Source of the DNA: Eggerthellaceae bacterium
GTDB taxonomy: Bacteria > Actinomycetota > Coriobacteriia > Coriobacteriales > Eggerthellaceae
Direction: 5' to 3'
DNA length: 64,000 nucleotides
Assembly (NCBI GenBank): GCA_040774885.1
Contig: JAXGTO010000002.1
Location: forward strand, 39,328 to 103,327
In this document: positions 1 through 8,532 of the stretch, in pieces
Layout: every line of letters begins with the position of its first letter
How positions within the stretch are numbered: position 1 is the stretch's first letter
The notes under the pieces: generated by a model
What the model was told of the DNA's origin: nothing
The model's database searches: none
What the model saw: only the letters and a program-made list of their open reading frames with translations
Translations under genes and position numbers: made by a program

Positions 1-756
1 GTAGTGGCCAATCATCCTGACCAATATGCGAAGGATCCTTCCAAAAAGGCTCAAGCTGAAGAACAGACCAAGCTGATCAACGAGGCGCGCGATGTTTTGC
101 TATCGCGCAAATGGGACCCGGAATACGGCCCGCGCGGAACGGGCTACTCGCAAGCGCCCTACACCTACACCACGTCGCGCCCGGCCAACGAAGACCCGCG
201 CTACGACGAATGGCCCTTCAACGTCGATTTCGACTACATCTGGACCAGCTGGGAAAACGGCACGCAGGCAACGGGGAAGCACGCTGCCGGCGGACAGGGG
301 CAGCAAGGACGTCCGGCAGGGTCTAATCCCTTCGATCCTTTCGGAGGCTATTCATCCTACACCCAAGCGCCTCAGAAAACGCCTGAGGAAGAGATGGCTG
401 AAGCCAAGCAGGATCTCACCATCGAAATCGTCGGCATCGCAGCGAAACTTGCCTGCCTGGGTGTATGCATGGCCACCGCAAGCTGGGGACGAGCTTTGTA
501 TCTCTACGTGCTGCTGAGTGTTGCATTGGGCATTTTCAAGCACATGCGCGGTATGGGCATCCTCAGCTGGTTCATGCTTTTGCCTTTGGTGATGGTCTGT
601 TTCCCCCTGGTCATTTTCGCAATGCCGAATGAGGGCCAGATGGTAGGCGGAGCGATGATCATCTTCTTCGGCATGGCCGTGATGTTCGACGTGAGCAACA
701 TCCGCAGCGCCACCCAGCGTTGGCGCACCGCCAAGACGAAGTGCAAGGTCTCCTAA
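1..756 (+). CDS. J-domain (DnaJ-like) membrane protein, 5' end cut by window edge
   Basis: The frame is open from base 1. It has the HPD tripeptide and J-domain helix III (NHPDQYAKDPSKKAQAEEQTKLINEARDVLL), a Gly/Gln/Pro-rich linker, then hydrophobic C-terminal helices (FMLLPLVMVCFPLVIFAM, GGAMIIFFGMAVMF). Confidence 0.75.
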   Translation, partial: VVANHPDQYAKDPSKKAQAEEQTKLINEARDVLLSRKWDPEYGPRGTGYSQAPYTYTTSRPANEDPRYDEWPFNVDFDYIWTSWENGTQATGKHAAGGQGQQGRPAGSNPFDPFGGYSSYTQAPQKTPEEEMAEAKQDLTIEIVGIAAKLACLGVCMATASWGRALYLYVLLSVALGIFKHMRGMGILSWFMLLPLVMVCFPLVIFAMPNEGQMVGGAMIIFFGMAVMFDVSNIRSATQRWRTAKTKCKVS

Positions 757-766
757 CTCGCCCCGC

Positions 767-799
767 CACGCGACCCGCCGCAGGCGGGAGCACCCCCGC
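767..799. repeat. GC-rich hairpin repeat, copy 1 of 3 (CACGCGACCCGCCGCAGGCGGGAGCACCCCCGC)
   Basis: The 33-nt string is identical to 1072-1104. It contains a 6-bp stem CCCGCC/GGCGGG around GCA. Confidence 0.85.
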
Positions 800-1010
800 T
801 CCGATTCGCAACGAAACGTGCACTTCGCACATGGAATTCGAGATATTGTGGCCTTTTCAGAGAACCGATTGCCCTCCTTCGCCCTCTTTGATCGCATAAC
901 CCCAGTTCACAAAAACAAACGCAGGTAACCTGACGCGTTCGGCCCCACAGTATCCCGAATTCCAAGCAAATTTGGGCATTTTTCTGACGAATACGCTCTC
1001 TTGCCCTGTA
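800..1010 (+). repeat. Imperfect-palindrome intergenic element, copy E0 of 4
   Basis: Left box GGAATTCGAGATATTGTGGCC (833-853) pairs with right box GGCCCCACAGTATCCCGAATTCC (941-963). The central motif CCCCAGTTCA is at 900-909. The offsets GAATTC->motif (66 nt) and GAATTC->GAATTC (123 nt) are the same as in E1-E3. Confidence 0.75.
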
Positions 1011-1025
1011 CCACACGGTCAATCC

Positions 1026-1063
1026 CACGCGATCCGCCGCAGGCGGGAACACCCCACCCCCGC
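1026..1063. repeat. GC-rich hairpin repeat, copy 2 of 3 (diverged)
   Basis: CACGCGATCCGCCGCAGGCGGGAACACCCCACCCCCGC has the same hairpin core, with 2 substitutions and a 4-5 nt insertion relative to copies 1 and 3. Confidence 0.75.
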
Positions 1064-1071
1064 ACTCCCCA

Positions 1072-1104
1072 CACGCGACCCGCCGCAGGCGGGAGCACCC
1101 CCGC
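1072..1104. repeat. GC-rich hairpin repeat, copy 3 of 3
   Basis: Identical 33-mer to 767-799. Confidence 0.85.
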
Positions 1105-1184
1105 GCAACAAGAAAGCCGCCCAAAGGCGGCTTTCAAAGTTGCGCTTCCCATCCCCCGCTCGCAGCACTTTCGGCGACTGACGG

Positions 1185-1277
1185 TTTCCCCGGCGGAGCT
1201 GATTCGCCCGCCTTTCGCGCGTAGCGTACTTCGCTACGTAAGCGCGAAAACAAGGGCGAAGCAGCCCACCGGGGGAA
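1185..1277 (-). terminator. Long (~90 nt) imperfect hairpin directly 3' of purH; possible terminator or structured element
   Basis: The arms TTCCCCGGCGGAGCTGATTCGCCCGCCTTTCGCGCGTAGCG and CGCTACGTAAGCGCGAAAACAAGGGCGAAGCAGCCCACCGGGGGAA pair with a few bulges. The hairpin ends 4 nt before the purH stop. There is no clear U-tract. Confidence 0.35.
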
Positions 1278-1280
1278 GCG

Positions 1281-2867
1281 TCAGTGCCGAAAGTGGCGGT
1301 GGGAGGTGAACACCATCGCGACGCCCTGCTCATCGGCAGCGGCGATTACTTCTTCATCGCGGATGGAACCGCCGGGCTGGATGACGGCAGTGACGCCCGC
1401 CTGGGCCAGCACGTCGAACCCGTCACGGAACGGGAAGAACGCATCGGAGGCAGCCACGGCGCCTTTCGCCTTGTCGCCTGCTTGATCGACGGCGATATGG
1501 GCGGAATTGACGCGATTGGGCTGACCGCCGCCCACGCCCACGGTTGCGTGGTCTTTGGCGATGAGAACAGCATTGCTCTTGACGCTCTTGCAGGCCTTCC
1601 AGGCAAACACCAGGCCATCGAGCTCGGCATCGGTGGGCTTGCGCTTGGTCGGGCAGGTGAACGCATCGATGTCGGCGGCTTCGGCCACTGCATCGCTTTC
1701 CTGGCAGAGCAGCCCGCCTTCAACGGCGCGGAATTCCACTTCACCACCAGCGGGGTTTACGCCTCCCGTCTGAAGCAGGCGGGCGTTTTTCTTCGCCTTG
1801 TACATATCGGCGGCATCCCCGGCGAACTGCGGGGCGATGATGGCTTCGACGAACTGCTTGTTGTTGAAAATGGCCACCACGACATCGCTGGTAACGGGAC
1901 GGTTGAATGCGATCACCCCACCGTAAGCGGAAATGGGATCGCATTCGTGCGCCCGTTTGTAGGCATCGACGACGTCATCGGACTCGCACACGCCGCATGG
2001 CGTGAGATGCTTGACGATGACGCAGGCGGGACGATCGAATTCACGCACGGCGCACCATGCGGCATCGAGATCGAGGTAGTTGTTGTAAGAAAGCTCCTTG
2101 CCCTGCAGCTGCGTGGCGCTGGCCAGGCTATGGGCGGCATGGGCATAGGCATCGCGTCGGTAGAACGCAGCCTTCTGATGCGGGTTTTCGCCATAGCGCA
2201 GGTCCTGCACCTTCGTTAAGGCCAGATCCATGGAGTCGGGGAACTCCGATGCCGTCGTCTGCTCGCCGGCGATCTGTCCGCGCATCCAGTTGGAAATGGC
2301 GGTGTCGTAGGCTCCGGTGGTTTCGAACACCTTGAGTGCGCACGCGGCACGCGTTTCGCGCGTGACGGCACCGTTGTTGCCGCGCATTTCTTCCAGGATA
2401 TCGTCGTAGCGCTCGGGATCGGTGACCACCGTGACGCTTTCGAAGTTCTTGGCGGCGGAGCGCAGCATGGAAGGACCGCCGATGTCGATGTTCTCGATGC
2501 ACGTGGCGAAATCAGCGCCGGAGTTCACCGTCGATGCGAATGCATAGAGGTTGACGACCACCATGTCTATCATCTGGATGCCGTGCTCGGCAGCCTGCGC
2601 CATGTGATCGGGGTTGTCCCGTTTGGCCAGCAATCCTCCGTGCACCTTGGGATGCAGGGTCTTGACCCGGCCGTCCATCATCTCGGGAAAACCGGTGACC
2701 TCTTCGATGGGGGTCACGGCAACGCCGGCTTCAGCCAGCGCATGCGCAGTGCCGCCCGTCGAAATGATGGTGGCTCCGAATTCCGAGCTGAGCGCGGATG
2801 CGAATTCCGCGATGCCCGTCTTATCGGTCACCGAAATCAACACGCGTCCGATTTTGGGATCTGCCAT
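1281..2867 (-). CDS. purH: Bifunctional AICAR transformylase / IMP cyclohydrolase
   Basis: 528 aa. It has an MGS-like N-terminus ([12 protein letters not shown]...STGGTA) and an AICARFT domain ([26 protein letters not shown]). Confidence 0.97.
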   Translation of the reverse strand: MADPKIGRVLISVTDKTGIAEFASALSSEFGATIISTGGTAHALAEAGVAVTPIEEVTGFPEMMDGRVKTLHPKVHGGLLAKRDNPDHMAQAAEHGIQMIDMVVVNLYAFASTVNSGADFATCIENIDIGGPSMLRSAAKNFESVTVVTDPERYDDILEEMRGNNGAVTRETRAACALKVFETTGAYDTAISNWMRGQIAGEQTTASEFPDSMDLALTKVQDLRYGENPHQKAAFYRRDAYAHAAHSLASATQLQGKELSYNNYLDLDAAWCAVREFDRPACVIVKHLTPCGVCESDDVVDAYKRAHECDPISAYGGVIAFNRPVTSDVVVAIFNNKQFVEAIIAPQFAGDAADMYKAKKNARLLQTGGVNPAGGEVEFRAVEGGLLCQESDAVAEAADIDAFTCPTKRKPTDAELDGLVFAWKACKSVKSNAVLIAKDHATVGVGGGQPNRVNSAHIAVDQAGDKAKGAVAASDAFFPFRDGFDVLAQAGVTAVIQPGGSIRDEEVIAAADEQGVAMVFTSHRHFRH

Positions 2868-2870
2868 GAG

Positions 2871-3857
2871 CTACTTCCTTCCTAAGCTGCTCTCGTGCTT
2901 GTCTCGCGCCTCTGCGCCATAACGCTGCCGATAGCGCACGTCCACCAATTCAGCCACGATGGCGATTGCCAATTCGGCTGGGGTCTTAGCCCCGAACTTC
3001 AGGCCAATGGGCCGCTTGATGGCGTCCCATTGTTCTTCGGTCATGCCCTGGGCGACGCACAGATCGTGCACCGTGCCATTCTTCCCGGCGCAACCCATCA
3101 TGCCGGCGTAATGGACTTTGCACTGTGCGGCCCACAGGCAACCCTGCGGATCGAACATGTGCCCGCGCGTGAGCACGCACACATAATCATCCGGGTCGGC
3201 CTTCAGCGAATCCAGCTTATCAAAGCCCGACAGCACGATGCGCTCGGCTCGGGGAAAGCGCTCTTCGTTCACGTAAGCGGGGTCGTAATCGACCACCGTC
3301 ACGTCGAACCCCACATGATCGGCAAGCGCCGCCACTTCGCTGGACGCATCGGAGGCCCCCAGAAGCCACACATGCACTTTGTCGAACAGCGGGACGCTGC
3401 ACCAGGTAAGGCCATCGAACTGCTCGCAATGCATGGAGGGACCGCGCGTGGCATCTTTCATTTGGAAGATATCGCGCGCAGAAGGCTCGCGGGCACTGAC
3501 GATTTCTTTGGCATCGTTGCAGAAGAACACCATGCTGCGCCCATCGGCGCTTCCGATGTCGCCGTATTTCTTGGTGACCTCGTTGTCGGTGTTGGATTGC
3601 GCAGCGTCGGCATCGAATACCACTTTGAATCCCAACCATGCCAAATCACCCTCATCCATGGCGCGCAAAGCGCGCTCGAACGTGGGGATGTCGGCTTCGG
3701 TGAGCTCGGAAGCGATCTTCGCGAGCGCAGCTGCATCGATATGCGGAGTGCCTTGCGTTGCCGCCGAGGCGAAGCAGGGAAAATCAGCCGGATCGAGCAC
3801 GGGCGCGCCTCCCTGCCGCAACGCCGCGATGGCCTGGTCCAAAGCTGCTCTACGCAT
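2871..3857 (-). CDS. XdhC/CoxI-family accessory protein (XdhC Rossmann domain at C-terminus)
   Basis: The C-terminal part (VWLLGASDASSEVAALADHVGFDVTVVDYDP...VLTRGHMFD...IKRPIGLKFGAKTPAELAIAIVAELV) matches the XdhC Rossmann pattern. I chose the start at MRRAALDQ because the longer ORF would be antisense-overlapped by purN. This ATG overlaps the purN stop (ATGCGTAG). Confidence 0.8.
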   Translation of the reverse strand: MRRAALDQAIAALRQGGAPVLDPADFPCFASAATQGTPHIDAAALAKIASELTEADIPTFERALRAMDEGDLAWLGFKVVFDADAAQSNTDNEVTKKYGDIGSADGRSMVFFCNDAKEIVSAREPSARDIFQMKDATRGPSMHCEQFDGLTWCSVPLFDKVHVWLLGASDASSEVAALADHVGFDVTVVDYDPAYVNEERFPRAERIVLSGFDKLDSLKADPDDYVCVLTRGHMFDPQGCLWAAQCKVHYAGMMGCAGKNGTVHDLCVAQGMTEEQWDAIKRPIGLKFGAKTPAELAIAIVAELVDVRYRQRYGAEARDKHESSLGRK

Positions 3858-4470
3858 CGACGGACACCTTTCTTTCTGGGGTGATATGCACCTTGCCGGC
3901 GGCGAACCAACGCAGCACCTCAGGGTACAGCTCGTGTTCGGCCCGATGGATCCGTTGCTCCAGATCATCGAGGGAATCGCCTTCTTGCACTTCCACAGCG
4001 CGCTGGGCGATGATGGGCCCCTTGTCGTATTCGGCATTGGCGAAATGCACGGTGATGCCGGTCACTTTGACACCCGCATCGAATGCCTCTTGGATGGCAT
4101 GGGCGCCTTTGAAGCTGGGAAGCAGCGCCGGATGCAGGTTTATCACCTTGTCCTCGAAGCTGCCGAGCACTCCTTCGCCCAGCTTGCGCATATACCCGGC
4201 CATGACCACGTAATCGGCTCCGGACCGCACGAGCTCGCTTGCCAGGACCTCATCGGCCAAAGCGGGATCGGCGAACAATTCCTTGTTGAGAGAGCAGGTG
4301 GGAATGCCCGCCGTGCTGGCGCGTTTGAGGCCGTGGGCATCGGGGCGGGAAGAAACGACTTCCACTATCTGGGCATCAAGCGATCCGTCGGCGATGGCAT
4401 CGATGATGGCTTGCAGATTCGTTCCGCTTCCGCTGATCAAAACGGCGATTTTGAGCGGGGTGCCGGCCAT
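3850..4470 (-). CDS. purN: Phosphoribosylglycinamide formyltransferase
   Basis: KIAVLISGSGTNLQAIIDA, HPALLPSFKG and TVHFA motifs. The start was taken at MAGTPLK, 4 nt after the purM stop, with GGGGAA upstream. The alternative start at 4485 would overlap purM. Confidence 0.92.
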   Translation of the reverse strand: MAGTPLKIAVLISGSGTNLQAIIDAIADGSLDAQIVEVVSSRPDAHGLKRASTAGIPTCSLNKELFADPALADEVLASELVRSGADYVVMAGYMRKLGEGVLGSFEDKVINLHPALLPSFKGAHAIQEAFDAGVKVTGITVHFANAEYDKGPIIAQRAVEVQEGDSLDDLEQRIHRAEHELYPEVLRWFAAGKVHITPERKVSVDA

Positions 4471-4474
4471 CGCG

Positions 4475-5743
4475 CTATTCCCCATCTGCTGCTTCGGCAG
4501 CATCGACAGCCGCATCTTCTTCGTCTTCGTAGAAGACGTCGCGGTCTTTGACGCGATCAGCTGCGGGAATGGGGACGGGCTTTGCCTCTGGTTCGGCGAA
4601 AGTCTTATCGGAAAACAGCGCGTGGATGTTCTCATAGCGCACAGTGCCGGTGCCGGTTTCTATGCGACCCACTTCAGAAACGGTCTCCCCCGCTTCGATG
4701 AGCGCCGATTTGACCGAAGCCGCCTGAGCGGCGTCGACGATGAGCACCATGCCGAGCCCCATGTTGAAGGTCTTGAGGGCTTCGGCTTCGGAAAGCCGTG
4801 CGGCGCGGCAAACGAACTCGATGATGGGCGCCATTTCCCACGTGCCGACCTCCACCACGGCATCCGCCGTGGAAGGCAGGGCGCGGTCGAGGTTCTCGGT
4901 GATGCCGCCGCCGGTGATGTGCGCCAAGGCGTGAACGGCTCCCGGATAAGCGTCGAGAACGGACCTGACGGACTTCACGTAGATGCGAGTGGGGTCGAGC
5001 AGGGCGTCTTGCACGCTGCGACCGCCCAATTCAGGACGCTCGAGGCGCGCCTCGTAATGGGTCTTACCCTCGATGCACACCTTGCGCGCAAGGCTGTATC
5101 CGTTGGAATGCAGGCCGCTCGAAGCCAAGCCCAGCAGCACGTCGCCTTCACCCACCTGTTCGGGGTCGAGCATCTTGGGACGATCGACCACGCCCACGCT
5201 GAAACCGGACAAATCGTACTCGTCGGGATCCATGATGCCCGGATGCTCGGCCATTTCGCCGCCCACCAACGCACAACCCGCCTGGCGGCAGCCGTCGGCA
5301 ATACCCGAAACGATTTCCGAAACGGCATCGCTGTCGAGCTTGCCGATGGCGATGTAGTCAAGGAAGAACAACGGCTCGGCACCTGTGGCCAAGATGTCGT
5401 TCACGCACATGGCCACCAGGTCGATTCCGACGGTGTCGTGTTTGCCGGCCAGCTTGGCCAACTGCAGCTTGGTGCCCACGCCGTCGGTACCGCTCACCAG
5501 CAGCGGGTCTTCCATGTCTTTGGCGGCAGCGATGCTGAACAACCCGCCGAATCCGCCGATGTCGCCCACCACTTCTTTGCGATAGGTGGAATGCACGCTA
5601 TCTTTGATGGCCGAAACAGCACGCGCTCCCTCTGCTGTGTCGACACCGGCTTGAGCATAGGTCACGGAATCGGAGCCAACCCAACTGGGCATGGCAGGGG
5701 CTTCTTCGGATGACGCAGCGCTTACGGTGATGCGATCGGACAT
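4475..5743 (-). CDS. purM: Phosphoribosylformylglycinamidine cyclo-ligase (AIR synthetase) with acidic C-terminal tail
   Basis: GGFGGLF, SGTDGVGTK and GGEMAE motifs, with an AAGGAG RBS before the ATG. About 60 extra C-terminal residues are rich in D/E/A. Confidence 0.95.
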   Translation of the reverse strand: MSDRITVSAASSEEAPAMPSWVGSDSVTYAQAGVDTAEGARAVSAIKDSVHSTYRKEVVGDIGGFGGLFSIAAAKDMEDPLLVSGTDGVGTKLQLAKLAGKHDTVGIDLVAMCVNDILATGAEPLFFLDYIAIGKLDSDAVSEIVSGIADGCRQAGCALVGGEMAEHPGIMDPDEYDLSGFSVGVVDRPKMLDPEQVGEGDVLLGLASSGLHSNGYSLARKVCIEGKTHYEARLERPELGGRSVQDALLDPTRIYVKSVRSVLDAYPGAVHALAHITGGGITENLDRALPSTADAVVEVGTWEMAPIIEFVCRAARLSEAEALKTFNMGLGMVLIVDAAQAASVKSALIEAGETVSEVGRIETGTGTVRYENIHALFSDKTFAEPEAKPVPIPAADRVKDRDVFYEDEEDAAVDAAEAADGE

Positions 5744-5782
5744 ATCGGTTGCAGCTCCTTTGCAAGGATCGGAACAGTGCGG

Positions 5783-7261
5783 TTATTGCCGGGGGAAATC
5801 AAGCGCGGACTGGGCGGCATGCTGGTTTTCGGGAAGAAAACCCTTCTTCTGGAGGCTCTCCGGCAAAGCAACCGGATAGCTTCCGCTGAAGCAGGCGTCG
5901 CAGAACCCATCGTGATCGGCCTGCACGGCATCATGCAAACCCTGCATGCTGATGAACGCCAACGAATCGGCGCCCATGAATTCGCACATGCCGGCGATAT
6001 CCATGTTGGCGGCGATCAGCTGGTCTTGGGTATCGGTGTCGATGCCATAGAAGCAGGGCCACTTGACCTCGGGTGAAACGATGCGCAGGTGAACTTCCTT
6101 CGCACCGGCATCGCGCAGCATCTGCACGAGTTTCTTGGACGTGTTGCCCCGCACGATGCTGTCATCGATGATTATGAGGCGCTTGCCTTCGATGACGCTG
6201 GGCAGAGGGTTGAGTTTGATGCGGATGCCCATCTGGCGCATGGCCTGCGTGGGCTCGATGAACGTGCGGCCCACATAGCGGTTCTTCACGATGCCGTCGG
6301 CATAGGGAATCCCGCTTTGCTGGGCATACCCCATGGCGGGCGGAACGCCGCTGTCGGGGACGCCGAGCACCAGATCGGCATCGATGGGAGATTCCTGCGC
6401 CAGGATGCGTCCCATGTTGCGACGGGCTTGGTACACGCTCTGGCCGTCCATCACACTGTCGGGACGGGCGAAATACACGTATTCGAAGATGCAACTGGCA
6501 CGGCGACCAGCGGGTACTCCTTGTTCGGCATGCATTCCGTCAGCGGAAAAGCGCACGATTTCGCCTGGCTCGACGTCGCGCACGTATTCGGCGCCGACGA
6601 TATCGAGACCGCAGGTCTCGCTGGAAACCACCCAACCGCCTCCGGTCAACTGACCGATGCAAAGAGGGCGGATGCCATTGGGGTCGCGAAACGCATAGAG
6701 CGAATCGGGGCTCGCCAGAACCATGGCATAGGCGCCGGTGAGCATCTCCATCATCTTGCGGATGCCATCGCGCAGATGATGCGTGGACTGCGTTTCGCGG
6801 CCGATGACCTTCGCCGCAACCTCGCTGTCGGTGGAAGAGCGCAGTTCAACGCCGTCGGCGATCATGCGTGCGCGAATAGAGCCGGTATTGACCAGCGTGC
6901 CGTTGTGGGCCAGTGCGACCACAACGTCGTCGATGGCGCTGATATGGGGTTGCGCCGCCTCCCACGAAGCCGATCCCCCGCTGGTGGAATAGCGCGTATG
7001 TCCCACGGCGACATCGCCGGTAAGCGCGGCAAGGCTGGCTTCATCGAATACCTGGGTGACCAGACCCAAGTCCTTGTGGACCATAACCGTTTCGCCATCC
7101 CCCACGGCTATGCCGGCGCTTTCCTGCCCGCGATGCTGCAGCGACTGGAGGCCGAAACAGGTCAAACGCGCGACGTCCTCGCCGGGGGCATAGACGCCGA
7201 ACACGGCGCATGCTTCTTCCAGGCGATCGGGGCGCTCCCCGGGCAACACGCTCGTGCTCAT
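5783..7261 (-). CDS. purF: Amidophosphoribosyltransferase
   Basis: CAVFGV after a short propeptide, a GATase-2 domain, a PRTase motif (LIIIDDSIVRGNTS) and C-terminal Cys ligands (CFYGID, CDACFSG). Confidence 0.96.
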   Translation of the reverse strand: MSTSVLPGERPDRLEEACAVFGVYAPGEDVARLTCFGLQSLQHRGQESAGIAVGDGETVMVHKDLGLVTQVFDEASLAALTGDVAVGHTRYSTSGGSASWEAAQPHISAIDDVVVALAHNGTLVNTGSIRARMIADGVELRSSTDSEVAAKVIGRETQSTHHLRDGIRKMMEMLTGAYAMVLASPDSLYAFRDPNGIRPLCIGQLTGGGWVVSSETCGLDIVGAEYVRDVEPGEIVRFSADGMHAEQGVPAGRRASCIFEYVYFARPDSVMDGQSVYQARRNMGRILAQESPIDADLVLGVPDSGVPPAMGYAQQSGIPYADGIVKNRYVGRTFIEPTQAMRQMGIRIKLNPLPSVIEGKRLIIIDDSIVRGNTSKKLVQMLRDAGAKEVHLRIVSPEVKWPCFYGIDTDTQDQLIAANMDIAGMCEFMGADSLAFISMQGLHDAVQADHDGFCDACFSGSYPVALPESLQKKGFLPENQHAAQSALDFPRQ

Positions 7262-8190
7262 GCAGCTTCCTCCTGTTTGGCTGCATCCGCAACAGCGGCC
7301 GCGTCGTCAGTACTCACAGACGAACTGTTGTCCGTCGAGGTTGTGCTCGCAGATTTGGGAACGGCCGTCTCCGATGTGTCGGCATACAAGATGGCACGAC
7401 CGTCATCAGAGGTGTTGGTGCAGGTTGAAAGCATGAACAGCTTGCTCACATTCGAAGCTTGGGGCATGCCATCATCGGGTTGCACGGTGGATCGATCGAT
7501 TTTGTCCTGGACGTAGGAGGTCATCTCCGTGGTGTCGGAAAACGAAGGCTGCGAGAGCAGATCGCTGCCCACGGAACGCACCACCGAAAAGCTGGTAAGG
7601 CGATAATTCATGGTGGGCGTGAGCACGTAGATGGTCCGATGGTCGTTGAACAGATCGTCGTTGCCGACCATATCGGATATCACGCAGAACATCGATCCGT
7701 CGATCATGTGATGCCCGTACAAGATGTTGTTGGAGTCGGAGAACGAAGGATCGCAGTTGGTGTCCAAGAAAATGGTTCCCGTCTTGGCCGCCCAACCGAA
7801 TCCGGAAACGCCGTTGAAGTCGGTGTCGAGGTATTTTGAATTATCGGTGGTATGGCATACCGGATAGTTGATATTGGTGCCCGGAACGTAGATCCAAGCG
7901 ACCACCTCGGAATTGATTGAGCGCAGATAGTCCCAGTCAACCGTCATGTCAGCCAAGGTCTTTCCCTCGATTTGGGGCTGCGCCGAATCGGCGATTTCCT
8001 GGTACTGCTGGCTGGCATTCCAATACGACCAGACGATAAAGCCCAGAATGGCGACGCTGATGACGCATACAGCCATTGCAACCCAGAACACGACGCGCCA
8101 AAACGTGCTCCCCTTGCGTTTGCCATCGGAGGATTGCGCATGGGATCCGCCTGCGGAGGCGGCAGCCGGTTGAAGCGGTCGATCAGCCAT
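7258..8190 (-). CDS. srtB: Class B sortase with low-complexity C-terminal tail
   Basis: N-terminal TM helix (VFWVAMAVCVISVAILGFIVW), VVAWIYVPGTNINYPV, ILYGHHM..DGSMF and the catalytic LSTC motif. The stop overlaps the purF start (ATGA). Confidence 0.85.
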   Translation of the reverse strand: MADRPLQPAAASAGGSHAQSSDGKRKGSTFWRVVFWVAMAVCVISVAILGFIVWSYWNASQQYQEIADSAQPQIEGKTLADMTVDWDYLRSINSEVVAWIYVPGTNINYPVCHTTDNSKYLDTDFNGVSGFGWAAKTGTIFLDTNCDPSFSDSNNILYGHHMIDGSMFCVISDMVGNDDLFNDHRTIYVLTPTMNYRLTSFSVVRSVGSDLLSQPSFSDTTEMTSYVQDKIDRSTVQPDDGMPQASNVSKLFMLSTCTNTSDDGRAILYADTSETAVPKSASTTSTDNSSSVSTDDAAAVADAAKQEEAA

Positions 8191-8276
8191 CGAAGGTCAG
8201 TGTCCTTTCATGGAATGGCAAGGATACGCTTCTTGGGCGCGTCCCTGCGTCTCTATCGCTGTCCATGATACGCAAA

Positions 8277-8297
8277 GCGCCCCCGAAACGGGGGCGC
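8277..8297 (-). terminator. Intrinsic-terminator-like hairpin after the small ORF
   Basis: On the minus strand the sequence reads GCGCCCCCG-TTT-CGGGGGCGC followed by TTTGCG. Confidence 0.55.
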
Positions 8298-8334
8298 AGA
8301 ATGCCGATTGTGCGCAATATCCACTCCAGCGAAG

Positions 8335-8454
8335 CTACTTCTTCTTCATTTCATCCATGAAGCCCTTCGCAATGCATGCAATGATGATGATGATGATCAC
8401 GGCCACGATGACCCATACGACCCACATCGGAATAACGCCGAACAGACTGTCCAT
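8335..8454 (-). CDS. 39-aa hydrophobic small protein (not in the ORF track)
   Basis: AAGGGGAGG RBS 6 nt before the ATG. The product is [39 protein letters not shown]: one TM helix with a Lys-rich tail. A hairpin terminator follows. Confidence 0.5.
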   Translation of the reverse strand: MDSLFGVIPMWVVWVIVAVIIIIIIACIAKGFMDEMKKK

Positions 8455-8532
8455 TAAAACCTCCCCTTATCGCGATAGCGCCTGAATGCGCATAGAATTC
8501 AATTTCATTTCGTCCATGGTAACGCGCCTGCC

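Noticed and set aside
8191-8334. A purine riboswitch or PurR box ahead of the srtB-pur operon.
   Set aside because: I could not recognise the guanine/adenine riboswitch three-way junction core in this 144-nt region. Only a terminator hairpin and an unremarkable leader are visible. This would need a covariance-model scan to exclude formally.
8210-8485. A plus-strand 91-aa ORF with a poly-Met run.
   Set aside because: It is the antisense reading of the (ATC)n repeat in the better-supported 39-aa minus-strand ORF, and it has no RBS.
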